From: Ignavibacteria bacterium GWF2_33_9
GTDB taxonomy: Bacteria > Bacteroidota > Ignavibacteria > Kapaibacteriales > UBA2268
Assembly: GCA_001804565.1 (NCBI GenBank)
Contig: MHAC01000008.1
Coordinates: forward strand, 3,446 to 67,445
DNA: 64,000 bases
Reading direction: 5' to 3'
Numbering within the stretch: position 1 is the stretch's first letter; each line of letters starts with the position of its first letter. A program made the translations under genes and the position numbers. This document shows positions 21,209-28,432 of this stretch, one piece after another. Under the pieces are notes generated by a model that searched no databases, was not told the DNA's origin, and was given only the letters and a program-made list of their open reading frames with translations.

Positions 21209-22174
21209 TTATATTACTCTTTCAGCTACTCGCATTTTTGCACTTCGGGAACGAGGATTGAGTTCTAATTCTTCCTTTGCGGCAATAATCGGATTTTTTG
21301 TAAGAATTTTGAGTTTTGGCACAGGATTTGCTTCTTCACTAGTGCTTTTATACTTGTTCATATGAACTTTTTGAACAGAGTGTTCTTTGAAAAAGGTCTT
21401 GACAATCCTATCTTCCAGTGAATGGTACGACATAATGACAATACGTCCACCCAAATTCATTGCAGGCAAAATGCAATCAAGTATTTGCTCGAGTTCTTCG
21501 AGTTCACGATTGACGGCTATTCGGAAAGCCTGGAATACCCTCGAAAGAGAGTCCTTAGGATTGGATGATGGGATAATAGATTCAATGATTTCTTTGAGGT
21601 CGAAAGTTGTGTGGAGAGCTTTCACTCGGCGAACCTCAACGATTCGCCGAGCAATTTTTCGAGAGAAACTTTCCTCGCCGTAAACTCGGATAATTCTTTC
21701 GAGCTCTTCTTCTGTAGCTGAATTTATTATATCTTCTGCTGTTTCGCCCTCTGGTTGGAATCTCATGTCCAAATGAGAATCTGTACGATAGCTAAACCCC
21801 CCAGTTGCACTATCGAAATGTTTGGACGATACCCCTAAATCAAGCAAAAGACCGTCAATTAGACCAAATTCTTCAGCTATGCTGCATGCCTTACTAAAAC
21901 TCTGGTTTTTCAAAATCAATTTGGCATTTCTTTGAATAAGTACGGAAGCATACTTTTTCCTGCAATGTTCTATTGCATCGGGATCCTTATCGAATGAAAT
22001 TAATTTCCCCCCAGAACTTAATTTTTCGAGTATTAATCCTGTATGTCCCCCACCACCAAGAGTTCCATCTACGTAAAGCCCTTTCGGATTTTTTATCAAA
22101 TAACTTATTGTTTCTTCGTGCATTACCGGCAAATGGTAATCGTATTCTGCTATATGCCTCTTTTTCGCATTCAA
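21209..22174 (-). CDS. rsmH: 16S rRNA (cytosine1402-N4)-methyltransferase
   Basis: HLPVMHEETISYL...VDGTLGGGGHTGLIL matches the RsmH/MraW N-terminus. Located immediately downstream of mraZ. Confidence 0.85.
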   Translation of the reverse strand: MNAKKRHIAEYDYHLPVMHEETISYLIKNPKGLYVDGTLGGGGHTGLILEKLSSGGKLISFDKDPDAIEHCRKKYASVLIQRNAKLILKNQSFSKACSIAEEFGLIDGLLLDLGVSSKHFDSATGGFSYRTDSHLDMRFQPEGETAEDIINSATEEELERIIRVYGEESFSRKIARRIVEVRRVKALHTTFDLKEIIESIIPSSNPKDSLSRVFQAFRIAVNRELEELEQILDCILPAMNLGGRIVIMSYHSLEDRIVKTFFKEHSVQKVHMNKYKSTSEEANPVPKLKILTKNPIIAAKEELELNPRSRSAKMRVAERVI

Positions 22175-22647
22175 TTTGACTTAATATCTTCTCTGTTCAA
22201 ATAAAAGGCGCCTATTTCTTCACCCATTTCTTCGTATTCTTCATCAGAGATTGTAGCCATATATTCATCGAATTCTTCAGGAATCCAAAATTCAATATGG
22301 TCATCGGAACCTACAATTTTTACTTTATCCTTCAGATTTGTAAGTTCTACTAATCTTTTAGGTAAAATTATTCTTTGTTGAGCATCCATAGTTACTTCTT
22401 CAGTATCCTTCAGAAATCTCATTTTAAAATAACGATGTTTTTTATTGAATGGATTCAATTTCTTCAAAGCTTGCTCAACGACTTCCCATTGCTCCATTGG
22501 ATATGCCCAAATTCTTTGATTAATACCAATAATTATCATTATTGAGTCATTAGCCCCGACAGAGAATACTTTCAGCATCCTGGAAGGTAATTTCACTCTT
22601 CCTTTGTTGTCTATTACAAATTCTGAACTACCCGATAATGTTGGCAT
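22171..22647 (-). CDS. mraZ: transcriptional regulator MraZ
   Basis: About 158 aa with two MraZ half-domains, each carrying the DxxxR-type motif (IDNKGRVKLPSRM and MDAQQRIILPKRL). The stop overlaps the rsmH start. Confidence 0.7.
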   Translation of the reverse strand: MPTLSGSSEFVIDNKGRVKLPSRMLKVFSVGANDSIMIIIGINQRIWAYPMEQWEVVEQALKKLNPFNKKHRYFKMRFLKDTEEVTMDAQQRIILPKRLVELTNLKDKVKIVGSDDHIEFWIPEEFDEYMATISDEEYEEMGEEIGAFYLNREDIKSN

Positions 22648-22664
22648 ATATTTGGAAAATCATT

Positions 22665-22725
22665 AATTACTTTCCACAAAAATAGGAATTTATTTGGGAA
22701 TAACATCCACTTTTCCCCACTTTTA
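22665..22725 (-). promoter_or_regulatory. candidate MraZ operator and promoter (GTGGA/GTGGG direct repeats)
   Basis: In sense orientation: GTGGGgaaaaGTGGA with a 10-bp period, plus a third GTGGA 35 bp away, all within 80 bp upstream of the mraZ ATG. This matches the known MraZ-box architecture (GTGG[GT] repeats with 10-bp phasing). Confidence 0.35.
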
Positions 22726-22863
22726 TTAGTTATTTTGGGATTTTTTATCCACATAAAACCATTTCTGTATTTTATTAGCCAATTTTTTCTGCAAATTTTA
22801 TATTGGATAATTTTCATTAAATTTTTGTAATTTGCATTTACTTAAAAACTTAATCTCGAATTT

Positions 22864-25800
22864 ATGAGTTTCTTCCAAAAATCAGTCGTTTCGAAGTATC
22901 TCAATAACCTGAACAAAGAGACAGTCAGTTCTGCTTTTTTGTTATTCAAAGAACATTTCCTTAATCCCGATATTCAGAAAAATATTCGTTCAATCAACGA
23001 AGAACAATATCAGCAGGGTTTCTTCAATGACCTTTTCGTAAAAGTTCTAGGCTATACTCTTAGTCCTAATTCAAACTTTAATTTACTGCCTGAATACAAA
23101 AACGAAAAGGACAGCAAGAAAGCTGATGGTGCTATTGTCATAAATAACAATGTGAGGGCTGTAATTGAGCTGAAAGATACGAAAACAACGGATTTGGGCA
23201 AGGTGGAAACTCAGGCATTCGGTTACAAGAATAATCAGAAGGACTGCCCCTACGTAATTATCTCGAACTTCGAGAAACTACGCTTCTATGTAGATAATTC
23301 AGTTGACTGCATCGAGTTCAATCTCTTTACTCTTTCTGAGGAAGATTTTACCATTCTTTATCTGATTCTTTCATACGAAAGTATCGAAAAGGACATTCCG
23401 AAGAAGCTGAAGAGCGAAACCGTCAATCAGGACGACATTACAACCAAGAAACTTTATAATGATTATTCCGTTTTCAAGAAAGAACTTTTCCAAAATCTTA
23501 TTGCAAAAAATCCAAATTTCGATAAACTTACTCTTTTCAAAAAATCGCAAAAGCTGATAGACCGACTTCTTTTCATTTTCTTTGCGGAAGACCGTGGCTT
23601 GCTTCCTCCCAATTCCGTCCGGCAAATAATTCAGGATTGGCAGAAGTTAGGTGAACTCGACAGCTATTCTCCGCTTTATTCTCGATTCCAAAAGTTTTTC
23701 GGTTATCTCAATACCGGCTACCAAAGCCCAACGCTAAAGATTTTTGCGTATAATGGCGGACTTTTCGAACCGGATGAAGTGTTGGACTCAATTTCTATTG
23801 ACGATGAGATTCTTAATGAGAATACACTCCGGTTGAGCCGTTATGACTTCGAAACAGAAGTGGACGTGAATATTCTTGGGCATATTTTCGAGCATTCGCT
23901 GAACGAAATCGAGGAAATCCAATCCGAACTTGAAGGTAAAGTTCCTGACAAATCTAAATCCAAACGCAAGAAGGACGGAATTTTCTATACTCCTAAGTAT
24001 ATTACGAAATATATCGTGGAAAATACTCTCGGTACTTTGTGCTCGGAAAAACGGATTGAATTTGGTTTGAATGATGACGAAACTGAAGAAACCAAGCGGA
24101 AAGCTGAAAAGAAGGATTTACTCGAGAGGATTGATTCTTACCGCAAATGGCTTTTGGAACTCACTATTTGCGACCCTGCTTGCGGTTCGGGTGCTTTTCT
24201 GAATCAGGCATTGGACTTTCTGCTGAACGAACATCGCCGACTTGATGAGCTTACAGCCCGAACACTTGATTTGCCGATTGTTTTCTCCGATATAGAAAAT
24301 TCGGTTCTTGAAAATAATATCTTCGGGGTGGACATCAACGAGGAAGCTGTGGAAATAGCCAAGCTCTCGCTTTGGTTACGCACTGCCCAAAGAGGCAGGA
24401 AGCTCAATACTCTAAGTAATAATATAAAATGCGGCAACTCGCTGATAGACGACCCCGCTGTTGCAGGCGATAAAGCGTTCAATTGGCAGGAAGAATTTCC
24501 AAGAGTATTCAAGAGTAATATTTCGGAATTTCATCTTGTAACCTTTGCTACAAAATATTCACGAATACCATTTGAAAATATTCCAAAAAACTATAATGAT
24601 GTATTTGTAAAATTAGATGAAGATGAAAGAATAATATTTGCTAAATGTTTAGCAGAAAAAGCTTCAAAATTAAATTTCAAAATTTTAGCAACTGCAATAC
24701 TACCAGACCATATTCATTTAGTATTAGCTACAATGGGTCATTCACTTTCTAAAATCATGAATGAAATAAAAGGATATTCAGCTTATAAAATAAACGAATA
24801 CAGAAGAAGTAAAAAAAGCAACTACACCATTTATGGTGTAGGAGAAAGAGCAGAAGTGGAAACTCCATCTGATAGCAACTACACCCTTCAGGGTGTAGGA
24901 AAGAACACAAAACAAGGGGTAGAAGATACATCAGAAAACCGTGATACAGCCCACATCGTAAACGATGTGGTTGCAGAACAGGATAGCAACTACACCATTT
25001 ATGGTGTAGGAGAAAAAGCAGAGGCTGATACTCCTTCTGATAGCAACTACACCCTTCAGGGTGTAGGAAAGAACACAAAACAAGGGGTAGAAGGTACATC
25101 AGAAAACCGTGATACAGCCCACATCCTAAAGGATGTGGTTGCAGAACAGGACGACAACTACACCATTTATGGTGTAGGAGAAAGAGCAGAGGCTGATACT
25201 CCTTCTGATAGCAACTACACCCTTCAGGGTGTAGGAGATGAGCCACATCGTGTAGGCAATAAGAAAGATACGACAGACAAAGGTACTCCCCACATCCTAA
25301 AGGATTCACCCCACATCCTAAAGGATGTGGTTGCAGAACATATTTGGGGACGCAGGTATAGCAATACTTTTCTTGATGATGATTCTCACTTATATAACGC
25401 TATAAACTATGTAAATAACAATTATGAAAAACACAAAGAGAAGTGGGGCAATCTAGAGAATGAAAAGATATCCCACATCCTAAAGGATGTGGTTGTAGAA
25501 ATAGATATACACGATAGCAACTACACCCTTCAGGGTGTAGGAAATACAACAGAACATACAGATAGTACTCTGTCCCACATCCTAAAGGATGTGGTTGCAG
25601 AACAGGACGACAACTACACCATTTATAGTGTAGAAGAAAAGAAAGATACAACTGATAGCAACTACACCCTTCAGGGTGTAGGAAAGAACACAAAACAAGT
25701 GGTAGAAGGTACATCAGAAAACCGTGATGAAGCCCACATCCTAAAGGATGTGGTTGCAGAACAGGACCGCAACTACACCATTTATGGTGTAGGAGAAAAG

Positions 25801-27489
25801 AAAGATACGACTGATAGCAACTACACCATTTATGGTGTAGGAGAAAAAGCAGAGACTGACACTCCTTCTGATAGCAACTACACCATTTATGGTGTGGGAG
25901 AAAAGAAAGATACGACTGATAGCAACTACACCCTTCAGGGTGTAGGAGAAAAAGCAGAGACTGACACTCCTTCTGATAGCAACTACACCCTTCAGGGTGT
26001 AGGCAATAAAAACCAATTCTCATACTTTTCCGGCGGCTTCGATGTCATTATCGGCAATCCTCCATACGGTGCTGAATTGGATAATAAAACTAAAGAGTAT
26101 TTTAAAACAATTTATAATGATGTTCATTATAGAACAATTGATACTTTTAACTATTTTATTTCTAAATCTCTAAAAATTCTTAATCATAATGGTTTTTTAT
26201 CTTTAATTGTTCCTAATAATCTTCTATACCAACATGAGTATTTTGTAACAAGAAAATTATTAGTTGAAGAAAATAAGTTGATTAGAGTTATTAATTTAGG
26301 AGATTCTGTATTTCAAGATGCAGATGTACCTACTTGTGTTTTTATTGTCAATAAAATTAAAGCTGAAAATTATAAATTTGAATATAAAGATATTCGAAAT
26401 GAAGTTATTAAGCAAGAAAAAATTAATGAAAATTTCGATTTAATCAGTTCGAATACTATTTTACAATTACCTTCAAATATTATTGGCATCTCTGATAAAA
26501 TTTTTAATTTGATTGAAAAAGTAAATTCTAAATCAGTTTTAATTGATGAAATTGCCGAAGAAGTCGCTTCAGGTATATCTTCTGGAGGAGATAAAATCTT
26601 CAGAATTTCAAAAGAATTTGCAGAATCAAATTTGTTTGAAAAGGAATTATTATATAAAGTTCTAGTTGGAAGTGAAATGAATAGATATGCATTAAATTCC
26701 TCAAATAATCTTATTATTTATTCAGTAAAATCATCAGAAACCGAAAAAAAATCGAATATTTACAATTATTTATTAAATTTCAAAGAACAATTATCTCGAA
26801 AGAGGGAAACTCTAAAAGGAACTTTACCATGGTATTGTTTGCATTGGCCACGTTATAAAGAATTGTTTACAGAAGAAAAAGTCATTTTAAGACAAACATC
26901 TGATGATATACGTGCTACCTATGATAATATGGGATATTTTACACTTGATAGTATATTAATTTTAAAATTGCTAAAAAATGATTATTCATATAAATTCATA
27001 ACATCATTATTAAATTCTAAAATTATAAGTTTCATATATAAGAATCTTACAATGGAAGAAGGAAGGACTTTTGCACAAGTCAAGCCTATTAATATCCGTA
27101 AACTCCCTATCCCAAATATCTCTCCCAATGCCCAGCTCCCTTTCATCGAAAAAGCAGATTTAATGCTGAAGTTGAATAAAGACCTGCAGGAAGGAAAAAA
27201 TGCTTTTATTACCTTCATAAAAGGTGAATATAATTTAGATAGAATCAATACCAAACTGGAAGAATGGTACAATTTGCCTTTCGACAGCTTCACAAAAGAA
27301 CTCGAAAAACTGAAAGTGAAACTAACTTCCACTCAGAAATACGACCTGAAGCCCCTTTTCGACCGAGAAGCCGCCAAACTTTTGGCAATAAAAACCGAAA
27401 TCGAAACCACCGACCGAGAAATAGACCAAATGGTATATAAACTCTACGACCTAACAGAAGAAGAAATCAAGATAGTGGAGGGGAAATAA
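22864..27489 (+). CDS. Type IIG restriction-modification enzyme (N-terminal PD-ExK nuclease plus gamma-class N6-adenine MTase plus TRD; MmeI/Eco57I-like) carrying a 1.5-kb in-frame insertion
   Basis: PD-ExK: ADGAIV...VIELKDTK (nt 23124-23175). MTase motif I is ICDPACGSGAFL (nt ~24172). FNWQEEFPRVF is followed only after about 500 aa by GGFDVIIGNPPYG (motif IV, nt 26032-26070); in family members these two segments are separated by about 10-20 aa. The C-terminus ...MVYKLYDLTEEEIKIVEGK is the hallmark tail of this family. Confidence 0.7.
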   Translation: MSFFQKSVVSKYLNNLNKETVSSAFLLFKEHFLNPDIQKNIRSINEEQYQQGFFNDLFVKVLGYTLSPNSNFNLLPEYKNEKDSKKADGAIVINNNVRAVIELKDTKTTDLGKVETQAFGYKNNQKDCPYVIISNFEKLRFYVDNSVDCIEFNLFTLSEEDFTILYLILSYESIEKDIPKKLKSETVNQDDITTKKLYNDYSVFKKELFQNLIAKNPNFDKLTLFKKSQKLIDRLLFIFFAEDRGLLPPNSVRQIIQDWQKLGELDSYSPLYSRFQKFFGYLNTGYQSPTLKIFAYNGGLFEPDEVLDSISIDDEILNENTLRLSRYDFETEVDVNILGHIFEHSLNEIEEIQSELEGKVPDKSKSKRKKDGIFYTPKYITKYIVENTLGTLCSEKRIEFGLNDDETEETKRKAEKKDLLERIDSYRKWLLELTICDPACGSGAFLNQALDFLLNEHRRLDELTARTLDLPIVFSDIENSVLENNIFGVDINEEAVEIAKLSLWLRTAQRGRKLNTLSNNIKCGNSLIDDPAVAGDKAFNWQEEFPRVFKSNISEFHLVTFATKYSRIPFENIPKNYNDVFVKLDEDERIIFAKCLAEKASKLNFKILATAILPDHIHLVLATMGHSLSKIMNEIKGYSAYKINEYRRSKKSNYTIYGVGERAEVETPSDSNYTLQGVGKNTKQGVEDTSENRDTAHIVNDVVAEQDSNYTIYGVGEKAEADTPSDSNYTLQGVGKNTKQGVEGTSENRDTAHILKDVVAEQDDNYTIYGVGERAEADTPSDSNYTLQGVGDEPHRVGNKKDTTDKGTPHILKDSPHILKDVVAEHIWGRRYSNTFLDDDSHLYNAINYVNNNYEKHKEKWGNLENEKISHILKDVVVEIDIHDSNYTLQGVGNTTEHTDSTLSHILKDVVAEQDDNYTIYSVEEKKDTTDSNYTLQGVGKNTKQVVEGTSENRDEAHILKDVVAEQDRNYTIYGVGEKKDTTDSNYTIYGVGEKAETDTPSDSNYTIYGVGEKKDTTDSNYTLQGVGEKAETDTPSDSNYTLQGVGNKNQFSYFSGGFDVIIGNPPYGAELDNKTKEYFKTIYNDVHYRTIDTFNYFISKSLKILNHNGFLSLIVPNNLLYQHEYFVTRKLLVEENKLIRVINLGDSVFQDADVPTCVFIVNKIKAENYKFEYKDIRNEVIKQEKINENFDLISSNTILQLPSNIIGISDKIFNLIEKVNSKSVLIDEIAEEVASGISSGGDKIFRISKEFAESNLFEKELLYKVLVGSEMNRYALNSSNNLIIYSVKSSETEKKSNIYNYLLNFKEQLSRKRETLKGTLPWYCLHWPRYKELFTEEKVILRQTSDDIRATYDNMGYFTLDSILILKLLKNDYSYKFITSLLNSKIISFIYKNLTMEEGRTFAQVKPINIRKLPIPNISPNAQLPFIEKADLMLKLNKDLQEGKNAFITFIKGEYNLDRINTKLEEWYNLPFDSFTKELEKLKVKLTSTQKYDLKPLFDREAAKLLAIKTEIETTDREIDQMVYKLYDLTEEEIKIVEGK
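24532..26031 (+). mobile_element. in-frame insertion: split RAYT/IS200-like Y1 HUH transposase domain plus REP-like hairpin array
   Basis: EFHLVTFATKYSRIPFE...ILATAILPDHIHLVLAT...IKGYSAYKIN matches the TnpA_IS200/RAYT N-terminal half (yHlvw.tKyRr; HUH motif HIHLV). HIWGRRYSNTFLDDDSHLYNAINYVNNNYEKH (nt 25340-25440) matches the TnpA C-terminal half (WqrSYydhvird...l...YI.nNP). The two halves are separated, and also followed, by palindromic repeat arrays. Confidence 0.6.
24822..26002. repeat. tandem array of three perfect-hairpin palindrome families with GTAG/CTAC ends (REP-like), 168-bp in-frame period
   Basis: H1 CTACACCA-TTTA-TGGTGTAG (e.g. 24822-24841, 24990, 25158, 25614...). H2 CTACACCC-TTCA-GGGTGTAG (24879-24898...). 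H3 CCACATCC-TAAA-GGATGTGG (25118-25138...). A variant CCACATCG-TAAA-CGATGTGG at 24951-24970 keeps the pairing through a compensatory change. H1 start-to-start distances are 168, 168 and 456 nt (24822, 24990, 25158, 25614) and 148, 60 and 55 nt thereafter, so the regular 168-bp period applies only to the first part of the array. Confidence 0.85.
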
Positions 27490-27490
27490 A

Positions 27491-28243
27491 ATGGAGAAAA
27501 CAATGGAAGATAATATGAAACATTTCAGAACAATGTATTTAATAGGTGCAATATCCACAATTGCAGTTTTATGCGGTATTGTCCTTGATATGATGATTGG
27601 TTCTATTACCGGTGGCGACCTAACGTCTCTGCCTCAAACAGCAGTAGAAAGATTTAACCAATTAAATCAAAATTGGATTTTAGGATTATACAATCTTGAC
27701 TTTTTGAATTTAATTAATCAAATAATATTAATACCATCAGTATTTTCAATTTATCTAGTGCATAAATATGATGATAATGGTTACGCATTGTTAACCTTAA
27801 TCCTATTTTTAATTGGGACAACAATATTTATAACAAATAATACTGCCTTGACGATGTTCGAATTAAGCAAAAAATACTTTACTGCCGTTTCAGCAGAACA
27901 AAGGAATTTAATTGCTTCTGCAGGAGAGGCAATGTTAGCCAAAGGAGCACACGGCAGTTTAAGTGTATTTATTGGTTTTGCACTACCCACATTTGCAAAT
28001 ATCTTATTATCGCATGTGATGATAAAAAGGAGAATATTCTCTAAAACAACATCAATATTTGGATTAGTCGGAAATATTTTAATGTTATTATACATTATAC
28101 TTGTTACATTTAGCCCTTCCGTAGAAAAAATTGCAATTCTGATAGCAATGCCGGGAGGATTATTGGTAATGTCTTGGATGATAATGTATATGTTAAAACT
28201 TTTAAAATTAAGTTTTTCAGAAGTTACCAGCTACACGACCTAA
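27491..28243 (+). CDS. hypothetical polytopic membrane protein (cassette between RM 3'-end copies)
   Basis: 250 aa with about 6 TM helices. The ATG overlaps the RM stop (TAAAATG). Confidence 0.5.
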   Translation: MEKTMEDNMKHFRTMYLIGAISTIAVLCGIVLDMMIGSITGGDLTSLPQTAVERFNQLNQNWILGLYNLDFLNLINQIILIPSVFSIYLVHKYDDNGYALLTLILFLIGTTIFITNNTALTMFELSKKYFTAVSAEQRNLIASAGEAMLAKGAHGSLSVFIGFALPTFANILLSHVMIKRRIFSKTTSIFGLVGNILMLLYIILVTFSPSVEKIAILIAMPGGLLVMSWMIMYMLKLLKLSFSEVTSYTT

Positions 28244-28272
28244 CACCGGAAGCAATCAAGATAGTAGAGAGA
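28228..28272 (+). repeat. orphan duplicate of the Type IIG RM gene 3' end
   Basis: CTACACGACCTAACACCGGAAGCAATCAAGATAGTAGAGAGATAG (encoding LHDLTPEAIKIVER*) is about 80% identical to 27446-27489, CTCTACGACCTAACAGAAGAAGAAATCAAGATAGTGGAGGGGAAATAA (LYDLTEEEIKIVEGK*). Confidence 0.65.
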
Positions 28273-28432
28273 TAGGGATTTATTCCCCCTCTATCAAGAG
28301 GGGGCTAGGGGGTGTGTCGAACCGAGAACAACGAAAATAATATTAAAATTTGTAGAGACACATAATTTTGTGTCTCTACCTGAGAAAAATGTCAAGACAA
28401 GGCATGTCTTCTCTCTACGGGAAAATAATAAT

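Noticed and set aside
24822-26002. CRISPR array hypothesis for the interspersed palindromic repeats
   Set aside because: The sequences between the hairpins are themselves repeated (no unique spacers). Three different palindromes alternate. The unit is 168 bp, in-frame within a CDS. No cas genes or leader are present.
24755-26023. Long minus-strand ORFs (184, 207 and 91 aa; Cys/His-rich HPEGCSCYQKE... repeats) antisense to the RM gene
   Set aside because: They exist only because the palindromic hairpin array reads similarly on both strands and lacks stops. They have no start context and are entirely nested in the repeat, so they are treated as artefacts.
24532-26031. Intein explanation for the in-frame insertion
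   Set aside because: The insertion does not start with Cys/Ser/Thr. It has no HN-C/S/T C-terminal junction and no Hint or LAGLIDADG blocks. Its content is Y1-transposase-like plus repeats.
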